Assembly: GCA_963822965.1 (NCBI GenBank)
Contig: CAWGJT010000005.1
Location: 1,856,001-1,920,000 of the forward strand
Origin: an uncultured delta proteobacterium
Lineage (GTDB): Bacteria > Myxococcota_A > UBA9160 > UBA4427
Direction of reading: 5' to 3'
Length of the DNA stretch: 64,000 nt
The position numbers and the translations under genes are program-made. The notes under the pieces were generated by a model. It did not search any database. It saw only the letters and a list, made by a program, of their open reading frames with translations, and was not told the DNA's origin. The number at the start of each line of letters is the position of its first letter. Positions within the stretch are counted from its first letter, which is position 1. Below are positions 39,938 to 48,668 of this stretch, piece after piece.

Positions 39938-42922
39938 CTACTTGCCATAGGGCGAGTCGAGGAGTCCGGCGTTGCCGCCGCGCGTGGACAAGGCGCTGAA
40001 GCCAAGCTCGGTAGGGGCGCCATTGGTCGGAACAGGCTGGGTCAACTGCTCGCTGAACAACACGTTCGTCGCGCTTCCGGCCGCTAGATCGTAGAAGCCA
40101 AGTGTGGCCGCGATGACTTGCTGCTGCGCGAGGCTGTACAGGGCTTCACCGCCCACGGCCGTCGCAGTGCTCGCGCTTGCAGCGACAAGCGATGGAAGAA
40201 CCGCGACGCCCGCCCCGCCGAACCCGCTGTTGTTGGCGATCGACCAGTCGACCTGGTCGAAGCCGTACTCTACCGCCTGTGGACCTGCACTGCCGGCGAA
40301 GCCACCAGCATATCCACTTGCAACACCGCCGGCGAAGGCGGCGGTCGTCTCCGAGGCACCCAGTGCACCCACCACGTAGGTCGTGCCAGCACCCAACGTG
40401 CCACCAATCACAAGTCCCGAGAGTCCTCCCACAACGACCCCTTGCCACACGTCACCGCCCGTGAGGTACGCGGTGGCTCCACCGCTTGCTGCACCAATGG
40501 CCGCACCTACCACCGCACCCACGCACCACGGACACTGACCCTTCGGATCGTTGAACCGAAGCGGATTGTTCCCCGCATACGCATACAGGTTCACGTCCCC
40601 GCCGCCCAGCCCCAGCGGGTCGGGCGACAGGAAGCGGCCCAGGTCCGGGTCGTAGTAGCGCGCGCGGTAGTAGTAGAGCCCCGTGTCCGCGTCGAACTCC
40701 CGGCCCGTGTAGCGCAGCGCGTTCGGGCTCTCGCCCGTCTGCGCGAGTACGCCCCCGAATGGCGCGTACGTGAGCTTCTCCTCCACGCTCCCCGCGTGCC
40801 CCGACAGCGCCAGCACCGACTCCAGCGCGTCGTGGTGGAACGTGTAGCTCGTGGTCCTGCCGGCGGCGTCCAGGTAGTCGCCCACCACCACCTCGTCGAT
40901 CACCGAGCCCCGCAGGAACTTCGCCTGCAGCGACCCCGTTCCGTCGTAGATCGACTCGAGATGCTCCCCCTCCAGGTGGTACTGCTGCACCGCGCCCCCG
41001 GCCGTGCGCCGGACCCGGTAGCCGCGCGGGTCGTAGGCGTACTGGCTCGTCCCGAACGGACCCGTCGCCGACGCCACCTGCCCCCGGTCGTTGCGCGTCA
41101 GCCCGTAGGCGAGGTTGCCCGAACCGTCCCGGCGCGCGGTCACCGCACCGTTGTCGTCGTACTCGAAGGTGGCGAGCAGCGGACCGTTCTCGTCGGTCTG
41201 GTGGATCGCCTCCAGCCGGTTCGCCACGCCCGTCACGAAGTAGCGCGTGCCCGCGTTCGTCGTCTCGGTCTGGCGGTTGCCCACGGCGTCGTACGTGTAC
41301 GAGACGTAGCTCGCGTCCCCGGGGTTGCCCACGAAGGTCAGGCGATCGAGGGCATCGTAGCCCCGCGCGATGCCCACCCCGTCGTCCCAGATCCCCGTGA
41401 TGTTGCCCGTGGCGTCGTGCCCGTAGGTGAGCGACGACACCACCGTGCCGTCTGCGGAGAGGCTCGTGAGCCCCGTCAGCCGGTTGCCGGCGTCGTACGC
41501 ATAGCGCGTGCGTGCCCCGCTCGACAGGATCCGATCGAGCAAGCGCCCGCCCGCGTCGTAGTGGTAGGACACCTGCAGGTAGGCCGGGTTCTCCTCTGCG
41601 ATCAGCCGGCCCGTCCCGTCGTACTGGTAGCGCGTCACGTCTCCCTGGTAGTCGATCTTCTCGAGCAGCCGGTTCGCATCGTCGTAGCTCGTGTACTGGA
41701 GGGTCCGGCCCAGGCGGCTGTCCGTCTGCGAGATCAGCCGGTCGCGGTCGTCGTAGTCGAACGTGTAGCTGACGGCGGGGTTCGTCAGGGTCTTCAGGTT
41801 GCCGTGCAGGTCGTAGGTGCGGTCCTCCTCGTCCCCGGAATCGACGTACTCGATGTGGACCAGCCGGTTGAGGTCGTCGTAGGTGTACCGGGTTTCGTGC
41901 TGATCCCGGTCCGTGCGCGTGCTGAGGTTGCCCGCCTCGTCGAACGTCACCTGCTCGGGAAGCCCCGTGGCGTCGGTCGTAGACTTCGGCCGCCCGAGAT
42001 CGTCGTAGGCGAAGCCCGTCTCCTGGTTCTTCGCATCGATGATACGAGTCTGGTTCCCGAGGAGATCGTACGCGAAGCGGGTCTCGTGGTCTTCCGCGTC
42101 GACCACGCGGATCAGCCGACCCAGCTCGTCGTACTCGCGGTATTCGGTCGCATCGTAGGAGTTGCGGAGGCTGGGGTTGGCAACGCCGTTCGGATCGATC
42201 GCGGTCTGCAGGCGGCCGCTGGGGTAGTAGCGAAAGGCCGTCTGCAGGGTCATTCCGTCCGGGTCCACCGTCCTCGTCTCGAGGTTTCCCACCGCGTCGT
42301 AGGTCATGACCATCCGATTCCCGTTCGGATCGATGGTCTCGACCAGCTGGCCGGCTGGGTCATACACCATGCGCGTCTGGTGGCCGTTCTCGTCGGTCGT
42401 CGTGGTCGGGCGATTCATCGCGTCGTACTCGACGGCCTTCCACGCCCCCGTCGGATCGGTGGCGCGCGTGACGTTGCCGGCAGCGTCGTACTCGTAGACG
42501 GTGGGCGGGGCATCGTAGGACTGGTCCGCGATCAGGCGGTCGGCGGCGTCGTACGTGCGCTGCTCGAGGGTCAGGTCCTCGAAGGTGTCGTCGGGCCGCT
42601 TGTAGCGCATCCGCCGGGCCGTCACATTGCCGTTCGCATCGTAATCGGTCCAGTGCTGGTTGCCGAGCGGGTCGGTCAGCCGGGTGACGCGGCCCAGCGG
42701 ATCGTACTCGTAGCTCGTCGTCAACGCGATCGGGGGGTCGGTCGCCGGGTCGTCGGTCGGCAGGTCCCGGCGGTAGAGGGTCTCCGTCTCCTTTCGTCCC
42801 AGATCGTCGTAGGTGAACATTCGGCGCACTTCCGACCCGTCCGTTCCCGTGACCCGGATCTCCTCGACCTCCAGACCGTTGCTGCCAGGCTCGTAGGTGT
42901 AGGTCGTCGTCGACCGGTTACC
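39938..42922 (-). CDS. Rhs/YD-repeat protein, 5'-truncated, with Gly-rich hydrophobic CT
   Basis: Many YD repeats; RHS core YTGREFD..YYYRARYYDP..DPKG; YD-like frame extends upstream of GTG 42829 without a start codon. Confidence 0.9.
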   Translation of the reverse strand, partial: GNRSTTTYTYEPGSNGLEVEEIRVTGTDGSEVRRMFTYDDLGRKETETLYRRDLPTDDPATDPPIALTTSYEYDPLGRVTRLTDPLGNQHWTDYDANGNVTARRMRYKRPDDTFEDLTLEQRTYDAADRLIADQSYDAPPTVYEYDAAGNVTRATDPTGAWKAVEYDAMNRPTTTTDENGHQTRMVYDPAGQLVETIDPNGNRMVMTYDAVGNLETRTVDPDGMTLQTAFRYYPSGRLQTAIDPNGVANPSLRNSYDATEYREYDELGRLIRVVDAEDHETRFAYDLLGNQTRIIDAKNQETGFAYDDLGRPKSTTDATGLPEQVTFDEAGNLSTRTDRDQHETRYTYDDLNRLVHIEYVDSGDEEDRTYDLHGNLKTLTNPAVSYTFDYDDRDRLISQTDSRLGRTLQYTSYDDANRLLEKIDYQGDVTRYQYDGTGRLIAEENPAYLQVSYHYDAGGRLLDRILSSGARTRYAYDAGNRLTGLTSLSADGTVVSSLTYGHDATGNITGIWDDGVGIARGYDALDRLTFVGNPGDASYVSYTYDAVGNRQTETTNAGTRYFVTGVANRLEAIHQTDENGPLLATFEYDDNGAVTARRDGSGNLAYGLTRNDRGQVASATGPFGTSQYAYDPRGYRVRRTAGGAVQQYHLEGEHLESIYDGTGSLQAKFLRGSVIDEVVVGDYLDAAGRTTSYTFHHDALESVLALSGHAGSVEEKLTYAPFGGVLAQTGESPNALRYTGREFDADTGLYYYRARYYDPDLGRFLSPDPLGLGGGDVNLYAYAGNNPLRFNDPKGQCPWCVGAVVGAAIGAASGGATAYLTGGDVWQGVVVGGLSGLVIGGTLGAGTTYVVGALGASETTAAFAGGVASGYAGGFAGSAGPQAVEYGFDQVDWSIANNSGFGGAGVAVLPSLVAASASTATAVGGEALYSLAQQQVIAATLGFYDLAAGSATNVLFSEQLTQPVPTNGAPTELGFSALSTRGGNAGLLDSPYGK

Positions 42923-43349
42923 GCTCTTCGGGCGGGCTTGCGAAGTGGATCAGGTTTCCGTCCGGGTCGGCGACGATGAAGTCGTGGGCGTTCCAGGGCT
43001 GGTGCCGGTAGGGCTGGTGGAAGTCGAGGCCGGCCTGCTCGTAGGCGACGAAGAGCGCCTTCAGGTTGCGGACGACGAGGGTGGCCGAGAGCAGGTCCTC
43101 CCGCGCCCGGAGCGCCGGGTCGAAGGCGGGCTCGTCCACGTGGCGCAGATTGAGGCCGGCGCGGTCGCGCACCACGAGGCCGTAGTAGGGCGGGTCGCCG
43201 TACAGGTACGCGACCTCGAACCCCAGGCGGTCGCGGTAGAAGGCGACGGCGCGCTCCATGTCGGTCACGAAGACCTGGGGGTGCACGCCGAGGATCTCGG
43301 GGGTGTCGGGGTCGGGGGTCGGCTCGCGTTCGTTGCGGTCGATGCTCAT
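42918..43349 (-). CDS. VOC/glyoxalase family protein
   Basis: VTDMERAVAFYRDRLGF, QPWNAHDFIVADPDGNLIHF. Confidence 0.85.
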   Translation of the reverse strand: MSIDRNEREPTPDPDTPEILGVHPQVFVTDMERAVAFYRDRLGFEVAYLYGDPPYYGLVVRDRAGLNLRHVDEPAFDPALRAREDLLSATLVVRNLKALFVAYEQAGLDFHQPYRHQPWNAHDFIVADPDGNLIHFASPPEER

Positions 43350-43477
43350 CTCGTCCAGGCTCCTCTCGAGCTGCGTCCAGTCCGCGAGGTGGCGCTCGCG
43401 CGCGACCCCCTGCTGGGCCTGGGCGAGCGAGAAGGGACCGTTCGCGGCCGGGCATCTGGTCCCGGCCGTTCGCGCAA

Positions 43478-43849
43478 TCAGCCCTTCTCGAGCGCCGCCA
43501 GGGTCTGCTCGACCTTGCCGAGGAGCCCCGCCACCCGGGGATAGCCCGCGTACTGGGCCAGGTGCACCAGGGTCTCGCGCACCTGCTCGGCGTCGAGCTC
43601 GCCGTTCTTCACGGCGGCGCGTACCTGGATCGCGTAGGTGTCGGGCTCGCCCAGGGCCGCGATGGCCCCCATGGTGAGCAGGCGCCGGTCGCGCTGGGAG
43701 AGCTGCGGGCGCGTCCACACCTCGGCGAAGAGCTGCTGGATCATGTTGTCGAAGAACGCCATCGCGCCGCGCGGCGGCGCCGGCACGTCGCCGCAGTACA
43801 CCTCGTTGAACTTGTCGATGCCCTTCTGGAAGCGCTCGTCGTCGGTCAT
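43478..43849 (-). CDS. carboxymuconolactone decarboxylase family protein
   Basis: FAEVWTRPQLSQRDRRL, HLAQYAGYP. Confidence 0.88.
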   Translation of the reverse strand: MTDDERFQKGIDKFNEVYCGDVPAPPRGAMAFFDNMIQQLFAEVWTRPQLSQRDRRLLTMGAIAALGEPDTYAIQVRAAVKNGELDAEQVRETLVHLAQYAGYPRVAGLLGKVEQTLAALEKG

Positions 43850-43919
43850 GTGCCGTCTCCTGGAATCTCGAGGGTATGCGGTTGCGGCGCGCGCGACGTA
43901 CGCCGCTGGCGCCGGTGCT

Positions 43920-44903
43920 TCAGCCGGAAGCCGGCCGCACGCGCGGGAGCACCTCGTCCACGAGCAGCTCGAGGCTCTCCCAGGCCAGGCGCGGCGGCAG
44001 ACCGCCGCACAGGGGCTGGGCGAGGAAGATGCCGTTCTCGCGCACGTGATCGACGGCCTCGTCGGCGCTGAAGATGCGATACGACCCGTTCTCGGAGCGC
44101 AGCTCCTCGACGCTCGACGCCACCGACTTCGTCGACGCTCCCGCGTCGCCGAGCCACTCCGCGTACAGACGCGCGTCGTGCAGCAGATAGGGTCCCATCT
44201 CGGCCCACGCGCGATCGGGGTCCCGCGCCACGAAGGCCGACGCCACCGAGCCGGTCGGCGGGTTGATGAACATCCCGGGCTCGTGGCCGGCCTCGCGACA
44301 CGCCTCCTGGTAGACGGCCTCCAGGGCCGGGTTGCCGCCCTGGGTGATCATCCCCATCCCCAGCCGCCCGGCCCGGCGCACCGCCGCCTCGCTGTTGCCG
44401 CCCATCAGCAGCATCGGGCCACCCGGCGTCGTGGGCCGGGGCGTCACCAGCACGGGGCGACCCTGGTAGTCGAAGGGCTCGCCGGTGAAGGCCTGTCGGA
44501 TGGCAGCGAGGCATTCCTCCATGCGCCGGCCGCGACCCTTCATCTCGCGGCCGAACATCGCGTACTCCTCGGGCCGATAGCCGAGGGCGCACACGTAGGA
44601 CACGCGGCCTCCGCTCATCACGTCGAGCACCGCCATCTGCTCGGCCAGCTCGATGGGGTCGTGCAGCGGAACCAGCAGCGCCGCCACCTGCACGGGCAGG
44701 GCCTGGGTGCGGCCCACGATGCCCGAGGCCAGCACGAAGGGCGCCGGCAGGTAGCCGTCGGGGGAGGCGTGGTGCTCGGAGACCTGCACGGCCACGCAGC
44801 GGTGCTTCTCGCCCCACTCCGCCATCTCGAGAGCGGCGGCGTAGAGCTCGCCGATGGGGGTCCCGTGCTTCGGGGCGCGCATGTCGAATCGAAGCGTGAA
44901 CAT
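43920..44903 (-). CDS. LLM-class flavin-dependent oxidoreductase
   Basis: SEHH.SPDGYLP, LHDPIELAEQ, LGYRPEEY. Confidence 0.88.
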   Translation of the reverse strand: MFTLRFDMRAPKHGTPIGELYAAALEMAEWGEKHRCVAVQVSEHHASPDGYLPAPFVLASGIVGRTQALPVQVAALLVPLHDPIELAEQMAVLDVMSGGRVSYVCALGYRPEEYAMFGREMKGRGRRMEECLAAIRQAFTGEPFDYQGRPVLVTPRPTTPGGPMLLMGGNSEAAVRRAGRLGMGMITQGGNPALEAVYQEACREAGHEPGMFINPPTGSVASAFVARDPDRAWAEMGPYLLHDARLYAEWLGDAGASTKSVASSVEELRSENGSYRIFSADEAVDHVRENGIFLAQPLCGGLPPRLAWESLELLVDEVLPRVRPASG

Positions 44904-44913
44904 GGAATCTCCG

Positions 44914-46122
44914 TCAGCTCGTCTCCGGCTCGCCTGCTCGCGGCAGCACGAAGCGCTCCCGATACTCGGCGAACTCGGCGGCGAGGCCTTCCCGCGTGAA
45001 GCCGAACTCCTCGAGGGTGTACTCGTGCGGCGCCCGCTTGTCCCGGGCGTTCTCGGCGAGCCAGTCCTCCATGGACTGCCGCGCCCCTTCCGTGAGCGGC
45101 TCGCCGAGCCAGTCGTAGACGCGGCGCGCCTGGCCCAGAGCATCGCGGTTGGCGTCGCGATAGTCCACGTCGAGGAAGCGCTCGGGCGCGTAGCGCTCGC
45201 GCGCCCGCAGACAGCGCAGCAGCCCGCCCCCGTAGCGCCGGCGCACCACGTCTCCCACCTGCTTCGGGTCCACCTGATCGCTGTTCAGCGCGTGCAGGGC
45301 GCGGTAGAAGCTCGCCGTCGACGGAATCGTCTCCAGGGGATCGCGGTGGGTCTGGATCACGCGGGCCCCCGGAAACACCGCGAAGAGCGTGTCGATGAAG
45401 CCCAGGTGGAAGGGCGCCTTGAGGATCCAGCGCCGGCCGCCGCGCCGGCCCGCCTGCTGCTTCTGCCACTGGATGAAGCGCAGCAGCCGCTCGAGCCAGC
45501 GATACGCGGGAGTCGCGTCCTGGGCATCGAGCCACGCCGCATAGCCCGGCACGTGCGCTCCCGACTCCGGGACCCAGCTCATGAACGAGTGCTCGACGAG
45601 CATCACCTCCTCGTCCGCGCCCTCGGCATCCCACGGATGGATCGAGGCCAGCACCGGCACCGCCTCGAGGGTCGCCTTCACCTCGGCGTGCGCGGCCGCG
45701 ACGCGCGGGTCTTCCCGCCGCCAGTCGCTGCCGGGAAACGGCGCCGGGTATCGCACCTCCCACCAGCGGGCCACCTCGAAGCCCGGCCCGCTGCCCAGCA
45801 GCCGGTGCAGCCGCGTCGTGCCCGTGCGCGCCAGGCCCACGATGACCACCGGCGACCCGAGGTCCTCTTCGAGGATCTCCGGGTGCCTGCGGATGAAGTC
45901 CTCGGACATGAGCCGCGTGACGAGACTGTCCACGATGCGCGCGTGCTGCGTGCCGCGGCCGACGGCGTTGAGGTTCGCCTCGCGCTCGAGCGAGTCGAGC
46001 AGCACGGCGAGGGGCTCGAGGAACGACTCGTCGCCGAAGTCCGAGAGCCCGGCCTTGCCTCGGGCCTCGTCCACCAACGCCCCGAGATCGAGACTCAACG
46101 GATCCACGTCAGTCACTGCCAC
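44914..46122 (-). CDS. sulfotransferase family protein
   Basis: GLARTGTT PAPS loop, WILKAPFH, THRDP. Confidence 0.88.
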   Translation of the reverse strand: MAVTDVDPLSLDLGALVDEARGKAGLSDFGDESFLEPLAVLLDSLEREANLNAVGRGTQHARIVDSLVTRLMSEDFIRRHPEILEEDLGSPVVIVGLARTGTTRLHRLLGSGPGFEVARWWEVRYPAPFPGSDWRREDPRVAAAHAEVKATLEAVPVLASIHPWDAEGADEEVMLVEHSFMSWVPESGAHVPGYAAWLDAQDATPAYRWLERLLRFIQWQKQQAGRRGGRRWILKAPFHLGFIDTLFAVFPGARVIQTHRDPLETIPSTASFYRALHALNSDQVDPKQVGDVVRRRYGGGLLRCLRARERYAPERFLDVDYRDANRDALGQARRVYDWLGEPLTEGARQSMEDWLAENARDKRAPHEYTLEEFGFTREGLAAEFAEYRERFVLPRAGEPETS

Positions 46123-46304
46123 TCCGGATCGACCGGGACGAAGGGAAAAGTCCGTCGCACGAGACGGACCGGGAGACCATAGAGTCCGCCGCAGCCGCGC
46201 GACAACCGCGCCGCCCTGCGTGGTGGGGGGGTCGGGAGCCTTGCCGTTGTGGCATGCCCAGTGCCATCATCTGCCGACGTGCACCCGCCCCCCAGGAGGA
46301 GCCC

Positions 46305-46763
46305 ATGCAGGTCCGAAACGAGGTCATGCCGAGCGAACCCGAGCGCATCGCCGCCATGCAGGAGCCGGGACCGAGCGGTCCCATCATCATGGTCAACCTG
46401 CTGAAGTTCCGGGAGAAGGCCCAGTACCCCGACGGCCGGGACGCCCATCTCTCGGGTCGCGAGGCCTACGCGCGCTACGGGGCCGCCGTCTCGAAGCTGC
46501 TGCCGAAGTTCGGCGGGCGGGCCATCTTCGCGGGCGACGTCACGTTCCTCGCCCTCGGCCAGGTCGAGGAGCTGTGGGACGAGATCGCCATGGCCGAGTA
46601 CCCGGATCGCGCGGCGCTCTGGGCCATGTCCACATCGCCGGAATGGCGCGAGATCGCCGTCCACCGGCAGGCGGGGCTCGCCGGCCAGCTCAACATCGAG
46701 ACCACCTACGCGTCGGGGTTCACGACCGGCGACTTCACGGGGCGGGCGCTGGGCGGGTCGTGA
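46305..46763 (+). CDS. DUF1330 family protein
   Basis: MVNLLKFREKA.YPDG, SGREAY..Y, WDEIAMAEYP, HRQAGL; AGGAGG RBS. Confidence 0.82.
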   Translation: MQVRNEVMPSEPERIAAMQEPGPSGPIIMVNLLKFREKAQYPDGRDAHLSGREAYARYGAAVSKLLPKFGGRAIFAGDVTFLALGQVEELWDEIAMAEYPDRAALWAMSTSPEWREIAVHRQAGLAGQLNIETTYASGFTTGDFTGRALGGS

Positions 46764-46820
46764 CTCTTGCGTCCGTCGCGGCCGTCGCGGCCTTCCTTGG
46801 CTCGACGCGGGGACGCGGGC

Positions 46821-47831
46821 TCACTTCACCTCGGCGCGGGCCTTCGTGAAGAGCTCCTCGAGCTGCGATCCCAGCAGCTTGCTTCCGATGGAGCGCTTCG
46901 CGCCGCCCCCGAAGCCGGTGACCTGGTCGGTCGACGTCCGGTTGGTGTAGACGACGACCGTGTGGCCACCGTCCGCGGGCAGGAAGCCCGCCACGGCCTG
47001 CTCGGAGTTGTAGCCGGTGCTCACGTAGAACTGCCGCTGGGCGACGATCCACGCGTCGCCGTCCGGAACGAGCATGAGGTGGGTGAGGACGATCGTTGGC
47101 ACTCCGTGACCCTTGAAGTGCGACCAACGCAGGATCTCCTGGGCGCCGGGCGGCTCGTCCTTCGGATACGAGAGCAGGTGGTGGTATGCGGTGGGCGCAT
47201 AGCGCTCGAGGTTCTTGGCGGCCTCGGTGGCCACGCGTAGCTCGTCGGCCGGCGAGCGCGACTTGCCGCCGCCCAGCGCGTAGGGGGCGATGCCCGCGAG
47301 GCCCTGCGCGCGGTAGGCCTCCACCCGGGCGAGCAGTGCCTTCCGCAGCTGCGCCTCCACGGCCTCCGTCGTGGCGTCCTTGCCGAGCTTCTGGAACGCC
47401 GCGATCTCCTCCGTCGAGAGGTTGACGTCGCCTCCGGGCTTCGCAGCGAGATAGTCCTTCGCGCGTGCCTTGGCGTCGGGCGCGAGGGTGAGCTTCGCGA
47501 AGTCCGCCAGCGTGGCCGGATCGGACACCACGCCGAAGGCGATCATGTTCGGGTCCACCCGATCGAGCAGGTGTCCCTCGGAGCGCTTCACCAGCTCGCT
47601 GGGCGTGACAGGCACCTCGAACGCCATTCCGGCAACCAGCTCGCGCTCCGAGGCGGCCTTGGCGGTGTGCCGGACGATCTTGCCCGACTCGACCTCGGCG
47701 ATCTCATCCGGGGAAAGGCCCAGGTCTCCCAGCAGGGTGCGGGTGCCGGGCAGCGACTGCGCGTGGGAAGCGCCGGCGCAGAGCCACAGGAACCCGACCA
47801 GCACGCCCAGCAAGATGCTCGCACGCTTCAC
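46821..47831 (-). CDS. secreted hypothetical protein
   Basis: Signal peptide ending ASHA; GGAGG RBS; coding bias. Confidence 0.7.
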   Translation of the reverse strand: MKRASILLGVLVGFLWLCAGASHAQSLPGTRTLLGDLGLSPDEIAEVESGKIVRHTAKAASERELVAGMAFEVPVTPSELVKRSEGHLLDRVDPNMIAFGVVSDPATLADFAKLTLAPDAKARAKDYLAAKPGGDVNLSTEEIAAFQKLGKDATTEAVEAQLRKALLARVEAYRAQGLAGIAPYALGGGKSRSPADELRVATEAAKNLERYAPTAYHHLLSYPKDEPPGAQEILRWSHFKGHGVPTIVLTHLMLVPDGDAWIVAQRQFYVSTGYNSEQAVAGFLPADGGHTVVVYTNRTSTDQVTGFGGGAKRSIGSKLLGSQLEELFTKARAEVK

Positions 47832-47918
47832 GGTCGATCCTCCCTCTGAAGTCTCGGCGGCGCTCCGGTCCACGACCCGCTTTCGGCGCCCCTCCGAAGC
47901 CTGGAGGATGGCCCGGAG

Positions 47919-48668
47919 CTACCGCTGGATCCAGCCCTGCCTTACGAACAGCTCTTTGAGGGCACCCTCGATCTTCGCGGCCGTGCGCTCTGCGTCCGCA
48001 TCGACGTTGTCCCCAAAGGCCTCCGAGGCGACGGTGCCGCCCGCGGTGACGGCTGCCGAGACGGCGAGGTTGCCGGCGGCGGCGCCGACCCCCAGGGTCT
48101 CCGCGGCCCCCGGCTTGCGGCCGCTCTTGGCCACGATGTCGAAGCGGTCGACCAGACGCTGGCCGTACGGGAAGAGCTCGCTCACCTGCACGGCCGTCCG
48201 CACGTCGCTGCGTCCCGCGCCGAGGCCGATGGCCACGCGCTCGGCGCGGTTGCCCTCGTTGATGGTCAGGAACTGTCCGACGATGGCAATCGTCGAGCCC
48301 GACGATCCCGAGACGTCGGGCACCGGACCCGTCGCCAGCTCAGCCGGCAGGCCGAGCTTCTTCACCTTCTCCACCAGCTTCTTCGCCAGCGCCTCCGCGA
48401 CCGCGTGGGCGACCTTCTGATCCTCTTCGGTGGTCGAGAGGCCCTCGAGCTTCCAGACGCCGGAGACCGTGGGGCTCCAGTCGAGCTTCACCTCGTCGGG
48501 CGACGTCGCGAACTGCGTGATGAGGATGCGGTCGGGCCGCGGCAGCTGACCGCCGTACTGGCTCTCCATCTGGATGTCGGTGCTCGCACAGCCGAGGCCA
48601 CCGAGCCCGGCGAGCAGCAGGATGCCGGCGAGCGCGAAGCCGCCGCGAATCGAATTCGAAGAGCTCAT
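47919..48668 (-). CDS. DUF4410-like lipoprotein
   Basis: Lipobox GLGC; INEGNRAERVAIGLGAG, SGRKPG. Confidence 0.75.
   Translation of the reverse strand: MSSSNSIRGGFALAGILLLAGLGGLGCASTDIQMESQYGGQLPRPDRILITQFATSPDEVKLDWSPTVSGVWKLEGLSTTEEDQKVAHAVAEALAKKLVEKVKKLGLPAELATGPVPDVSGSSGSTIAIVGQFLTINEGNRAERVAIGLGAGRSDVRTAVQVSELFPYGQRLVDRFDIVAKSGRKPGAAETLGVGAAAGNLAVSAAVTAGGTVASEAFGDNVDADAERTAAKIEGALKELFVRQGWIQR

Larger units (their letters stand above)
37272..40771. repeat. 3.5-kb direct repeat, copy 2
   Basis: Matches 30505-34004. Confidence 0.92.

Noticed and set aside
29816..41450. Diversity-generating retroelement TR/VR among rhs core copies
   Set aside because: No reverse transcriptase is present and the differences are not adenine-specific
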